NCBI GenBank assembly: GCA_003567005.1
Contig: PXBF01000068.1
Coordinates: 12,392-76,391 of the forward strand
Origin: PVC group bacterium
GTDB taxonomy: Bacteria > Verrucomicrobiota > Kiritimatiellia > UBA8416
Direction: 5' to 3'
DNA length: 64,000 nucleotides
Part shown: positions 9,631 through 20,106 of the stretch, in pieces
Layout of the letters: each line of letters starts with the position of its first letter
Position numbering within the stretch: position 1 is the stretch's first letter
Notes under the pieces: generated by a model
What the model saw: the letters and a program-made list of their open reading frames with translations, nothing else
What the model was told of the DNA's origin: nothing
Database searches by the model: none
Program-made: the position numbers and the translations under genes

Positions 9631-11613
9631 CTACGTATACTGGAATATGATCATACGTTCTACAAGTGCGGGATCCGCACCGAACAGAATTTGCAATACA
9701 GGTACAAGCGTCCAGAATGCATTCGCAAAAATTTCACCAAAAATAATTCCCAGAAAAAATGGAATGCCAGCCCGATAGGCTCGATTCCCTCCATAACGCA
9801 AGATGAGCGACTTGATCAACCAACCGAAAAAGAGACTAACCACCAATCGTAAACCGATAGATGAATAAACAAAAAGTAAGCCAACAGGGTGTAGCGGCCA
9901 AGACGGAAACCGTGCACATAACATCAGCAATACGGTTGCAAAGATCGCACCACCTACCATAATTCGGAATGTTTCGGCATTGAAACTTCTTTCACGTCCA
10001 CTCAGAAGCTGGCGAATCGGCTCTATGCCCATCATCTCGGCACCACGACCGGCAACAGGCACGTTGACTCCATCGAGTGATGAATAATGATGATACCCCA
10101 TATGAAGATGGACGGCACCACACACAAGAAATCCAAGCACCAACACGCCAAGCCCGAGCCATGCCAGCCGAACCTTATGCCTCGTTGGACTATTCACATG
10201 CAATCCCAAAGCCAGCATCGCCATAACGGCGGCACTCACGGCAGAAGCCCGATTGGCAATAACATAATGCGCTCTTTGCATAAATACAATTGCCGGGTCA
10301 AACCAACGGCTGGGAAACAACCCAAAGATGCGATAGGCAGTCAGCGGAATAATCCAAATATAGGTAATCCCTGTTTCAGCAACGACACGAGCAACCATGA
10401 TCATAATGACGATCGCAAGAAAAAGCAATGCGGCAGCAGCAACCCAACCCATGCCAGCCCAGATAAACCAGATAAACATACCCAGCGCACCCAAAACAAA
10501 AAGGCGCACGGCAAGCTTGCCATCCCTATCAACCGAATCATCCCGCTTCAGACCGAAAGCCGATAAGAACAACTGACCATACGTGTGGCGACCTAACCAA
10601 ATCACCCAAACCGACATGGCAATAAAGGCACCACTGGTCTGATCATATATTGTTGCCGGTCTAAACAACGGAAGATAGCTCCTTGCAAACATCAGAAATA
10701 TCCCATAGCCGAAAATGGCAAACCAAATCGAAAAGCTATAGCGGTTGGGCATAAAATAAGCTAAACCGATAAAAAGGAAATAGAGACGCGATCCCCTGAG
10801 AAATCCGGGCGCATGCATCCAGATGCCATCGGTAAACAAATAGGATATATCCCACTGCAAAGGAAAGGCCGGAAAAGCACCTTGCGTGAAAATCGCGAGC
10901 CCATTCGTTGAATGTAAAAAGAACACAGCACCACACCCGATCCAAAAAGAGCGCGAGGTAAAGAGCTGACTCCAGCGCCCCCCATCCTCCGGCCGTTCCG
11001 CAATCGCCCGATAAATGCGTAATAAGGGAAACGCCAGCCGTTCATGATGCAACCACTGCGGCAAAACCATGAAACCAAGGCCAATCATTAAAACCCAAAA
11101 TGCTACGATGAGCACGCCCCAGGAAAACATCGGTCGTACCCAAGCAGTCCAAGGTATGACATCTCCTGGGAACAACTCCCCTAAAAAACCATCGATAACG
11201 GGCGTATCCTGCTCTGGACCAATTGCATCGGGAAATAACGCAGCGGGAAGTCGAGAGTCGGCAACTGCCTCGGCAATCGTCGCATGCTCATTTATATGCC
11301 GGTTGGCCATAGCCAGGCTGTGTGGGAAAAAGCGCATGAGCCCATTGCTTGGGACCACAGCAGCAAACAAGAGTATGCTGATGATCAGGATGAGTTGCGA
11401 CTGGTTCAGGGTAAGGCTATCGGAAACGCGCTGTAGCAAAGGATTGACCAGAAGCACCAACACAACAATCAGAAACATCACGATTTCAGGTAAATACCCA
11501 TCACTAACGAAACTGTTGTTCAGCAAGAAATTGTTATAAGGCACGAGTAGCCAAATCAGAACAGACAGGAATAAGCCTATCGAAAGTGCGACTATAGCTC
11601 GTATCGTCGTCAT
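9631..11613 (-). CDS. Large polytopic integral membrane protein, function unknown
   Basis: 660 aa with at least 12 hydrophobic helices, Trp/Phe-rich. A 42-nt gap separates it from the upstream PDZ/HEAT gene on the same strand. Confidence 0.55.
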   Translation of the reverse strand: MTTIRAIVALSIGLFLSVLIWLLVPYNNFLLNNSFVSDGYLPEIVMFLIVVLVLLVNPLLQRVSDSLTLNQSQLILIISILLFAAVVPSNGLMRFFPHSLAMANRHINEHATIAEAVADSRLPAALFPDAIGPEQDTPVIDGFLGELFPGDVIPWTAWVRPMFSWGVLIVAFWVLMIGLGFMVLPQWLHHERLAFPLLRIYRAIAERPEDGGRWSQLFTSRSFWIGCGAVFFLHSTNGLAIFTQGAFPAFPLQWDISYLFTDGIWMHAPGFLRGSRLYFLFIGLAYFMPNRYSFSIWFAIFGYGIFLMFARSYLPLFRPATIYDQTSGAFIAMSVWVIWLGRHTYGQLFLSAFGLKRDDSVDRDGKLAVRLFVLGALGMFIWFIWAGMGWVAAAALLFLAIVIMIMVARVVAETGITYIWIIPLTAYRIFGLFPSRWFDPAIVFMQRAHYVIANRASAVSAAVMAMLALGLHVNSPTRHKVRLAWLGLGVLVLGFLVCGAVHLHMGYHHYSSLDGVNVPVAGRGAEMMGIEPIRQLLSGRERSFNAETFRIMVGGAIFATVLLMLCARFPSWPLHPVGLLFVYSSIGLRLVVSLFFGWLIKSLILRYGGNRAYRAGIPFFLGIIFGEIFANAFWTLVPVLQILFGADPALVERMIIFQYT

Positions 11614-11655
11614 GCCTCTCCTTATCCTTATGCGCAGCCCACGTCGTGAGCCAGT

Positions 11656-14289
11656 TTATTCCATCACATCTGCCAATGGGATCATTTCGCGTTCTATCTC
11701 TGATTCACGAATGGATGCAATGATCGCAGCGGCATCTTCTTCCCCGAATTTCTCCCTGATCATAGGTATGATTTCCTCCGCTTCGCGACCAAATGAGCGT
11801 ATAAGCCGTGTCCGATTGCGAATGCGTGGCCCCGGTCGCCCAGTCGGTTCGTGTATCGTTTCCAAGGCCAGCGTGAGCACCTCTTCTATCTGCAAACGAT
11901 TCATCAGATCCAAACCTCCCTGCCGGGGGCCATCTCCGTGATATAGCGTATAGGTCAGGTCCTCATCCCGGATTACATGGATAACGGTATCGGCTACACG
12001 ATGAAAATCTTCCAACGGCATGTTTTGCAGGAGCCGCATCCCCGCATTCCGAGCCCACATATGCGGATGATCGAGCAACCGAAGAATGCCTGCATAAAAC
12101 AGATCCCCATCCAGATCGTGCGCGAACGGATCCGGTTGCAGCATGGTCACCAGCGTCTGCCCAATTGCCCGATCAAGATCCTGGAACGCGTCATAAGGCT
12201 TTTCACGTAAAAGCAGGTGCATCAGTTCTTCCAGATAGATCTTTTTCGTATCCACCTGTGCAAGCTCCCTGATCGCGAGTTGACGAACCCATAAATCCTC
12301 CGACTCGTCCCGTATGATCGCCATCAACGTTTCCAGCGTACCCTCGACCCTGCCATTTTGCAGGGCATGCAATGCGCCGATGCGCTGTTCCCGACTCCCT
12401 TCAAGAAGGATGGTAAGCAGAGATTCCCCCACCTCCGCCTCTTGCTCCACCAACGCGCCGGCCGCCTCCAACCGAACGGGAGGCAACGTATGACCAAGAA
12501 GCTCAATCAATGCAGCAGTAGCCATCTCGGTATCCGGAACCGGGCGTTCCACCGCAGCAAGGGCTGCATCCCCCCTGAGCCAGAGGCCTTCGTCCATTCC
12601 CTTGCCTGTGATATGCAAAACGCGACGCCCAGACGCCATGTTCAGCAAGTTAGGTCCTGTTGAATGCAAATCTCTGTACTGGAAAATATCGCCGCGCTGT
12701 TCCATATGCAAGAACCGGCCATCCCATGTGCGGCTGAACGTTCGTAGCCAGCCTATTTGCCGTTCATAGGCGGCCCACACATCAGGCCCTAAAACATTCG
12801 CGCCAAGTCCAGACCAGAAATAGTTGAAAAAAGGCCCTGTATGCCCCGTGAATATTTCAGGATGCGAGGCCGCCGATAACTGCCCATAGAACCGTGCTGC
12901 ATCGGCATCCCCTAACAACGCAAAACCAACCGCAACGCTGCCACTGGTTCCGTTGCTGGTGAGAATGTGTTCCATGGGGGCATGATTGCCATAGGGTAAT
13001 GCTCCACGACCCGCCCAGTTCCCATATAATGCGCGCGTCTTATCGATAGCTGTACGAATCACGGGATCATCTACCCCGCACTTCTCCGCCAGAATCAAGC
13101 CAATCCACAATACGGCTGAGGTCTGATTGATCGCACCGTAGCCATAAAGCCGTGCATTATAGTGACCGCGATTGGCTTCCGGATTTGCCATGCGATGATT
13201 CCAAAGACCGGCAACATCCTGCCCATGCGCAATCGTGCGCGCATAGGTGCGTATCGCCGGCAGTACATATTCATCACCCGTCAACAGGTAATATTCGCAC
13301 AACGTAATCAAGCGATAAGACCAAGCCCAACTGACCATCGGCGTGGCCAAGGAAAGTTCAAGGTCCGGACGTGCAAAATCTGCTTCGCGTAAACGCGCAC
13401 CGACATATTCAATGTACGTTTCGTTGCCCGTCGCAAGCAGCCCCAGTAACTCGATGTTCATGCGATCATCCTTACCGGTTTCCACAATGATGTCAGCCGC
13501 CCGGGTTATCAGGGCATCGACTTTCGGACAATCTGCAGGGCTCGTTATACTACGGGATCCGAGAGCCGGAAGCCGCAACGTCTTCTCAAAGGATTCCGGT
13601 GCCTCATCCTCTAACGCAGGACGTAAGACACGGAGATTCAATTGCCCGTTTTGCGCCTCGCTCTCTGCCAACTCGATTTGATCGGCAAACAACTGATACA
13701 AATCGCCCCTCACCGGCTTGCCGCCAATCGCCACAATACGATCCCCTACCGCAAGAATCCCATCCGCGGGAGAACCATCCTTGATGCGGGTGATCTCGAC
13801 ATGATCTGCGTACATGGACGCAAAAATTCCTATGGGACCGAAATGCTGGATGGTGCCCGGCGGCGCTGGCAAATGCATGTGCACACTGAAAACCGACTCA
13901 TCCCCGCCCGCTTCTCCCGGCCGCGCAAACGTTAAACGGAGGCGTCCGTCGTTTTCCCGCCACAACCGCAGCATGTGCCTGCGCATCATCGATGAGAGGT
14001 CATTCGCCAATCCACTCCCCTGCACCCGTATCAGTCGATCTCCGGGAAGCGCGCGCCCGTCAAGAGGGCTTTTTGGCTTTACACCTGTTACCAGAACATA
14101 GCCATCTTCGACGGTCCCGATTAAGCCCGTTATGGATAACCGATATTCTTGCCCAGCATCATACGGCCCGCCTTCTGACAAGTCAGGCAAATCACTTGCT
14201 ACTGCGCGAACCATGGAAAGCAAAAAACACAACATACATAAAACAATGTTACGTCGGATATCGGCAAGTACTGTCATAATCATATGCAC
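11656..14289 (-). CDS. Secreted multidomain protein: two PDZ domains, a central all-alpha domain and C-terminal HEAT/armadillo-like repeats
   Basis: Signal peptide. PDZ-like segments GLIGTVEDGYVLVTGVKPKSPLDGRALPGDRLIRVQG and ITRIKDGSPADGILAVGDRIVAIGG. HEAT-like EQRIGALHALQNGR...DLWVRQLAIRELAQV. Confidence 0.55.
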   Translation of the reverse strand: MHMIMTVLADIRRNIVLCMLCFLLSMVRAVASDLPDLSEGGPYDAGQEYRLSITGLIGTVEDGYVLVTGVKPKSPLDGRALPGDRLIRVQGSGLANDLSSMMRRHMLRLWRENDGRLRLTFARPGEAGGDESVFSVHMHLPAPPGTIQHFGPIGIFASMYADHVEITRIKDGSPADGILAVGDRIVAIGGKPVRGDLYQLFADQIELAESEAQNGQLNLRVLRPALEDEAPESFEKTLRLPALGSRSITSPADCPKVDALITRAADIIVETGKDDRMNIELLGLLATGNETYIEYVGARLREADFARPDLELSLATPMVSWAWSYRLITLCEYYLLTGDEYVLPAIRTYARTIAHGQDVAGLWNHRMANPEANRGHYNARLYGYGAINQTSAVLWIGLILAEKCGVDDPVIRTAIDKTRALYGNWAGRGALPYGNHAPMEHILTSNGTSGSVAVGFALLGDADAARFYGQLSAASHPEIFTGHTGPFFNYFWSGLGANVLGPDVWAAYERQIGWLRTFSRTWDGRFLHMEQRGDIFQYRDLHSTGPNLLNMASGRRVLHITGKGMDEGLWLRGDAALAAVERPVPDTEMATAALIELLGHTLPPVRLEAAGALVEQEAEVGESLLTILLEGSREQRIGALHALQNGRVEGTLETLMAIIRDESEDLWVRQLAIRELAQVDTKKIYLEELMHLLLREKPYDAFQDLDRAIGQTLVTMLQPDPFAHDLDGDLFYAGILRLLDHPHMWARNAGMRLLQNMPLEDFHRVADTVIHVIRDEDLTYTLYHGDGPRQGGLDLMNRLQIEEVLTLALETIHEPTGRPGPRIRNRTRLIRSFGREAEEIIPMIREKFGEEDAAAIIASIRESEIEREMIPLADVME

Positions 14290-14417
14290 TTTCTCTCATG
14301 GTACAGCATTCTACAGGATGCACGAAATTGGCATTTGCAACGGACGTACAAGTACCATTTGAGAGACACTACCAGATGAAATGCGTAATAACAAGAATTG
14401 CGATACAATATACGCTA

Positions 14418-16052
14418 TCAGGACGAACGAGATAGCGGCAAAACTTCTGCCAGGACGGCCTGCAGTTCATCTGTTAGATAGGGTTTTCGCAGAAAACCAT
14501 TCGGAATGGGATAATCAGGTGAAGGCGGATCAGCGGTTTTTTCATAGGCACTCATGAAGATTACAGGTATGGATGGATATTCCTGACGCAAAGAAAATAA
14601 CAGATCCCACCCGCTCAGTACCGGCATGCGAACATCACATAAAACAGCCGCGATTTCGCTTTCTTTCGTCTCTGCCAGATATCGCAGTGCTTCTTTTGCA
14701 CTGGTCATCAGAATAGGTTCATAGCCTAAACTTCGCACCTGTAGGCCAATCATTTGCACTAAGGGCGCTTCATCATCCACGACTAAAATATGTTTCTTCG
14801 ACTGCCCTTCGATAGCCTGCTGCGCACCCAGCTGCGAGTCTATCTCTGCTGCACAAGCAGGACCTGCTATTGGAAAGCATACCGAAAAAGACGTTTCCAC
14901 ATCTTCCGTGCTTGAAACGCACATGCAACCACCATGCGCTCGCAATTGTTCCACTGCTATCGATAACCCAATACCGCGTCCCAAAAATTTGGTACTGAAG
15001 AAAGGATCAAATACCTGGCGCATCATGGTCGGAGAAATACCTGCTCCATCATCACGAACCGCTACACAAAGATGACCTTTTTCGCGGTGTTCCCAATCCT
15101 CGGGGATGCAGATAAAATCCTTCTCACAATTTGAACGTTCTTTGCCACAAAGAAGCAACTCCACGTGTTCTGCGCCGGGAGATTCAAAGGCATTCTGGAC
15201 AAGTGCTCTGATAATTTCACGCAACCCGTTCGCGTCTCCCAAAACGATCCCTTCAGAAATGTCCTCTTTCAGGCTAAAGGAAATATGAGCAGGCGCCGTT
15301 TTCTGAAACTCTGCATGAAGTTCCTTGCACAACAGACTTAGGTTCACATGCTGTTGTGGATTCTGTATTTGGCCTGCACACGCCAACATACGCGAACTGA
15401 TCCTGGCCGCATCCAAAAGGCAATCTTGAATGGGCTTCAAGGCACGGATCACGTCATATTGCTTTAAACGTTGCTGTTGTAATTCTGCCATTTCCAGAAA
15501 CCCTAATGCCGCATGAAGCTTATTGTTAAATAGGTGCGCAACAGATCCCATCACCCGATGCAAACTATCCTCTTTCTGCAAGGCATCAATTCTTTGTTGC
15601 AAATCTTGATAGGCACGATCGTCTGTGTGCGATTGCATCATGGCGGTTACATCAACAATTAACCCCTGCACATATGCTGTCCGTCTATCGTCGGCGTCGC
15701 GAAAGATCGTGCCACGCTCAGACACCCATTTGATGTCCTGGTCCTCTGACAGAACCCGATATTCGCATTGATAAGGCTCTTCACGAGAAACCGCTTCATC
15801 CATGATACCGGATACCGCATCACGATCTTCCGGATGCACATAGTTCATAAAGGATGCCAAAGGTTGTCCCGCGAAATGCATAGCAGGCTGACCGGTTAGC
15901 GACTCCACCCCATCTGTGATAAAAACCACATTTCGATTAGCGTCACACGCTGCGCAGTATAGTGTTTCAGGAAAGTTTTGTAGTAAACCCCCGACAGGTA
16001 TGGAACGTTCCGTACCATCTGCCCTCTGATTCAGGTTGGCAGCAACCGCCAT
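14418..16052 (-). CDS. Hybrid sensor histidine kinase/response regulator with a PAS domain
   Basis: PAS-like N-terminus. H-box SVAHLFNNKLHA. HATPase G-boxes GRGIGLSIA. C-terminal receiver ILVVDDEAPL...LCDVRMPVLSGWDL. Confidence 0.85.
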   Translation of the reverse strand: MAVAANLNQRADGTERSIPVGGLLQNFPETLYCAACDANRNVVFITDGVESLTGQPAMHFAGQPLASFMNYVHPEDRDAVSGIMDEAVSREEPYQCEYRVLSEDQDIKWVSERGTIFRDADDRRTAYVQGLIVDVTAMMQSHTDDRAYQDLQQRIDALQKEDSLHRVMGSVAHLFNNKLHAALGFLEMAELQQQRLKQYDVIRALKPIQDCLLDAARISSRMLACAGQIQNPQQHVNLSLLCKELHAEFQKTAPAHISFSLKEDISEGIVLGDANGLREIIRALVQNAFESPGAEHVELLLCGKERSNCEKDFICIPEDWEHREKGHLCVAVRDDGAGISPTMMRQVFDPFFSTKFLGRGIGLSIAVEQLRAHGGCMCVSSTEDVETSFSVCFPIAGPACAAEIDSQLGAQQAIEGQSKKHILVVDDEAPLVQMIGLQVRSLGYEPILMTSAKEALRYLAETKESEIAAVLCDVRMPVLSGWDLLFSLRQEYPSIPVIFMSAYEKTADPPSPDYPIPNGFLRKPYLTDELQAVLAEVLPLSRSS

Positions 16053-16285
16053 TACTTTACCCCTTTCCTAGTAGGTGTGCTCTCTACATAGATAGGCCGT
16101 GCCTCGCTTGACATGTTAATATCATAACCAATAGCCATTATAGCGCAAGCACGAAACACAACTTATCAAACTGTAAAACAGCATGTTTGTCCAATATTAC
16201 GCCACCAGAACGATGCTTGACTTCCGGTCAACTTCTCTGGTGATATTTATCAGTAGCACCGATAGTACAGATAATAAGGCACTTT

Positions 16286-17023
16286 ATGTCAGACAAACCA
16301 AATCCATTCAAAGTCAAGGAAGCGGAACGAACAACCGCTTGGAGCGCATATCGACAATTATATTTTGGTGACGTTTCTCTGCCAAACGCGATACGTACTG
16401 AAATGATCACCTTCCTTTTCAGTACTACGCCCGGAGCGATCGGCTTAGGCTTTCGCAAATTGCTCTATCCCTGTCTATTCGCCCAAACCGGTTCCAGATG
16501 CATATTTGGTCGCAACCTTACGCTTCGGCATACACATAAAATTCGTCTTGGAACAAATGTGATTCTGGATGATGGCGTTGTGCTTGATGCCAAAGGCCAC
16601 ACAAATCAAGGGATAACTATCGGTAACAATGTATATGTGGGACGCAATACAATCATCTATACCAAAAACGGGAATATTCGCATCGGTGACAATGTGAATA
16701 TATCCTCTAACTGCCAGATTTTTTCTTCGGGTGATGTCGTTATCGGCGAAGGCACGATGATCGCTGGTTTTTGTTATATCCTGAATGGTGGCGTTTACAA
16801 CATGGATCAACAAGCATCACCATTTGCCCGACAAGACGGAACGTCATCTGAAGGCCCTACCGTAATTGGACCAAACTGCTGGCTCGCAGCGCATACAACC
16901 ATCACGGATGGCATAGAACTTGGCAGACACTGTGTCGTGGGGGCAGGCTCTGTCGTGTTAGCCGACATGCCACAGGATAGTTTGTGTGCAGGAACCCCAG
17001 CAAAAAAAATACGCGATCTTTAG
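16286..17023 (+). CDS. Hexapeptide-repeat (left-handed beta-helix) sugar O-acyl/acetyltransferase
   Basis: Tandem [LIV]G-x-x-x-x hexapeptides IGNNVYVGRNTIIY, IGDNVNISSNCQIF and IGEGTMIAG. 245 aa. WcaF/NeuD-like context at the head of the glycan cluster. Confidence 0.8.
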   Translation: MSDKPNPFKVKEAERTTAWSAYRQLYFGDVSLPNAIRTEMITFLFSTTPGAIGLGFRKLLYPCLFAQTGSRCIFGRNLTLRHTHKIRLGTNVILDDGVVLDAKGHTNQGITIGNNVYVGRNTIIYTKNGNIRIGDNVNISSNCQIFSSGDVVIGEGTMIAGFCYILNGGVYNMDQQASPFARQDGTSSEGPTVIGPNCWLAAHTTITDGIELGRHCVVGAGSVVLADMPQDSLCAGTPAKKIRDL

Positions 17024-17024
17024 T

Positions 17025-19769
17025 TCACTCTACTGTAAACGATCCCAACCGTACATACCGGCTCCGTATATTCGCTTCTAATACATCTGGCGCGCGAAAA
17101 CGAAACCGTCTTAGATTCCTGGCATGATAAACACCGCCATCGATTACATAATGGCCGGATGGCAGTGGCTCGGCAGGATGCCAATTCGTATACGAATCCG
17201 TTAGTGTCGCTGCACGTAAAGGAATATCCCAACCGCCCACTACTTCACCTTGCTCGTCTTTGACGTGTAAAAAGAGAATGGCATTATCCATGCGCTGATG
17301 GGATATGCCGTCGTCCACATCAAACCGCACTGCGTAAAAGGGCCTTCCCTCTTCCGTTCTGACGGCTAGACCATGTAGTATGCCGAGTCGTGGATACACA
17401 ATTTCTAAAGACGTATCCTGTGGCCACGCCTCCCATGACTCTTCTCGTACAAACCCCGCCATTCCTGCTGGGTCTGGCTTCAACTCCCATCCTAAAACCT
17501 GCAAACCGGGATGGTCAGCCCGTACCTCCAGCATACCATCGAACGGATGAAAGGCCTTGGAAAATTGCCATATCAATTGCGTATCGCCTGGGCCCACGTC
17601 AATACTGGACTCCAGTCCATCTTCAACAGTAGGACCACGCACCAAACGTACATGCATGCGGTTCGTAACGGCTACCGGTCCCAGATCGAGTTGCAATGCA
17701 AACGCACCTGCAGGCAGAACAAGGGGATCTGCGCCAGGCAAGGCGGCAAACGCCTCTTTAACGGTCATGCGTTTCTGATCGCGATAATACAACAATGGTT
17801 CCAAAGCTTCCGTCACGCCCGCATCAACGGCAGTTGATAAGGCCTCAGCAAAATCCTGCATATGATCTCGGTAAGCGCGATCCGCACCAAAATACGCAAA
17901 ACGTTCAACGGCAAAATCGTGATCCAATACCGTTACCCAAACAGGCCCAAGATCGCTCTCCACCTGTATGTCCACCCCGACAGCACGTAATGCCTTCTCG
18001 TCGCTTACATGACGGTAAGCGACCCGAAGGGAGTCCAGCGTGATGATCTTCTGTGCATGCTGTGGCAAAAGCACATTGGAGACAACACGACCACGATGAC
18101 GAATCGAGAATCGCGCCGGTCGGTACCCGGTTTGAATGCCCAAACGAATGTGAGTCGGTCGTGCATCAAACACAAGTGTCTTTCGCACAGAAGATCGGAC
18201 CGGAACCTCGAACATACGTGTGCTGCGGGGGAAATCAGCACCATGCATAAAAATCCAACGCTGTCCACCCGGATACGGTACCGGCGGGTACGGCAAACTC
18301 TCATGGTCCTCCCACCAAGGCGTTGGTGCCAGCATAGCAGAGGGACGATTGCGAAATACCGGTTTTGTAGCTCTCTCTGTAAAGAATCGATTACTTAGCC
18401 CCTCTAAAGCAAGATTCTCCGTGCCAAGAGAACGGTCGTCGACAACGGTTTCAGCAAAACGTGCCCCAAAACCAGCATTTTCCGGACGACGCCAAAAATA
18501 ATCCTCTCTTAGACTCCCCCACCCTAACTCAGCAAGGAGCAATACAAAAACCACACCAGATATTCTTTTCCCCCATTGGCTTCTGGATGCAAGCAGTAGC
18601 GAAATGCCGAGCATGCTCGTCAGTGCCAAGGTCGGCAGCAAAAAGGAAAAATGGAAGGGTTGCACCATTGGCTTGAGTGCAGTAGCCATGAACAGAGCCC
18701 CGATCGAAAAGCTGATAATGGCCAAGCCAAAGAAGCTTCTCCTGCAGACCATACCATCCAGCGTTTCGCGCTTACGGAGATCCTTGTACAGGCGAACAAG
18801 TTGCCAAACACATACACATATAGCTATGCTAAACAGCATAATCCCAATATGCCCAATCATAGGCAGCAAATTTGCACGGAGTCCATGTATCATTTTTTCG
18901 TGTACGGGCAGATCCATGAATGCTTGGGGTACATTGTAATTCCTAATAAATACAAAATTCTGCCGCATATATCGCCATGTTCTCGTCGCATCGATAAGAA
19001 AAGCAGGATTCAATAGCACGACACCGAATACAAACCCGAACAATCCCAAACCAAATCCCTTCCAAGGGCGCTTTAGGGAGACGCGTCCTGCGTGCCAAAC
19101 CGATGCTACAAGCAGCAGTAGTATAATCCATACGCTAAGAAGCCCTTGAAATTTACAGACAAACCCCATGCCGCAGGCTGCTCCCATGAGAATAAACCAC
19201 CGCATTCGACCACTGCAGACGAATCGAGTGCCAGCGACAAGTAACAACGCAAGAAAAAGATCTACCCCTATATCTCCTGTCACACTGTGCGTGACGGTCG
19301 AGCCCAAAGGCGCCAGCGCATAAATCGCTGCAGCACCAACACCATACCAGCGCCCCCATAATTGGGTTGCACTGGCATACAGGAACGCCATAACAATCAT
19401 TCCATATAAAACCCGCAATACGCGCCCCTTGTAATACAACATGACACGCCCCCTGCCGACGCGCGATGTGCTGCTAGGCACAAATAGATATTCCTCTACA
19501 GGTGCTGCGACCTTTCGCCAACCGCGGATAAAGAGTTCATCTACGCGATTTAAGCCATAGGGGTATCCATCATAGTACAAACTATCATAATATTGCACAT
19601 AATTGCCGGATAGGTAATTGTATAACGCCATGACTTGCTTCGAAGAATCGGGATGAAAGACCACGCCATCTTCCAGGCCGCGGAACAGCCCGCTGGCGCG
19701 AAAATAGGCTCCCAAAGCAAAAACAACAATCAACGTCACATAGAAAATGCTTTTACGCTGCAACACCAT
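17025..19769 (-). CDS. GT-C-fold glycosyltransferase-like membrane protein (ArnT/PMT/YfhO-like) with a roughly 400-aa extracytoplasmic C-terminal domain
   Basis: 914 aa. The N-terminal 500 aa are polytopic, with a first-loop acidic motif HPDSS and YYDGYPYG. The C-terminal half is soluble. Convergent 4-nt overlap with the acyltransferase gene. Confidence 0.5.
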   Translation of the reverse strand: MVLQRKSIFYVTLIVVFALGAYFRASGLFRGLEDGVVFHPDSSKQVMALYNYLSGNYVQYYDSLYYDGYPYGLNRVDELFIRGWRKVAAPVEEYLFVPSSTSRVGRGRVMLYYKGRVLRVLYGMIVMAFLYASATQLWGRWYGVGAAAIYALAPLGSTVTHSVTGDIGVDLFLALLLVAGTRFVCSGRMRWFILMGAACGMGFVCKFQGLLSVWIILLLLVASVWHAGRVSLKRPWKGFGLGLFGFVFGVVLLNPAFLIDATRTWRYMRQNFVFIRNYNVPQAFMDLPVHEKMIHGLRANLLPMIGHIGIMLFSIAICVCVWQLVRLYKDLRKRETLDGMVCRRSFFGLAIISFSIGALFMATALKPMVQPFHFSFLLPTLALTSMLGISLLLASRSQWGKRISGVVFVLLLAELGWGSLREDYFWRRPENAGFGARFAETVVDDRSLGTENLALEGLSNRFFTERATKPVFRNRPSAMLAPTPWWEDHESLPYPPVPYPGGQRWIFMHGADFPRSTRMFEVPVRSSVRKTLVFDARPTHIRLGIQTGYRPARFSIRHRGRVVSNVLLPQHAQKIITLDSLRVAYRHVSDEKALRAVGVDIQVESDLGPVWVTVLDHDFAVERFAYFGADRAYRDHMQDFAEALSTAVDAGVTEALEPLLYYRDQKRMTVKEAFAALPGADPLVLPAGAFALQLDLGPVAVTNRMHVRLVRGPTVEDGLESSIDVGPGDTQLIWQFSKAFHPFDGMLEVRADHPGLQVLGWELKPDPAGMAGFVREESWEAWPQDTSLEIVYPRLGILHGLAVRTEEGRPFYAVRFDVDDGISHQRMDNAILFLHVKDEQGEVVGGWDIPLRAATLTDSYTNWHPAEPLPSGHYVIDGGVYHARNLRRFRFRAPDVLEANIRSRYVRLGSFTVE

Positions 19770-19849
19770 GTATCATTCCCACATCAAATTCGCGTATTCA
19801 AGTCCCACAGGGACCAGATATAACCAAAGATGTTCGCGTTTGTCATCTT

Positions 19850-20031
19850 CTAACCCGCATATCTCACAAACTTCGTAGCGAGAGTGTGAAGCGTGCGTCA
19901 TAGCGGGTTCGTGGCGCAGTGTGGCGGGCGACAGTGTGTAGAAACACATGGAGGTCGCCACGCAAGTCGCGGGCCCGATATGACGTGCGATTCGCGCTCG
20001 CAGTAGATGGCTTGTGAGATATGCGGGCTAA
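19850..20031. mobile_element. MITE-like nonautonomous element, copy A (174 bp plus 4-bp CTAA direct repeats)
   Basis: 16-bp perfect terminal inverted repeats CCCGCATATCTCACAA / TTGTGAGATATGCGGG. Flanked by CTAA at 19850-19853 and 20028-20031. Near-identical to the copy at 54885-55021 except for a roughly 46-bp internal insertion. Confidence 0.65.
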
Positions 20032-20106
20032 TGGCGCCACCCCCTGCACACTGCTACGGTTGCCTATGGTTGCCAATTAGACCAGAAACGGGTATATCCC
20101 TTACCT

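Noticed and set aside
11612-11941. 109-aa plus-strand ORF at the junction of the 660-aa membrane-protein and PDZ/HEAT genes
   Set aside because: Antisense to the 3' end of the PDZ/HEAT gene and the intergenic spacer. Ser/Arg-rich with no support.
16475-16813. 112-aa minus-strand ORF
   Set aside because: Antisense within the hexapeptide acyltransferase gene. No independent support.
19850-20031. CRISPR array or REP cluster interpretation of the repeated element
   Set aside because: Only two copies 35 kb apart. Each has terminal inverted repeats and a target-site duplication. No regular spacer-repeat periodicity.
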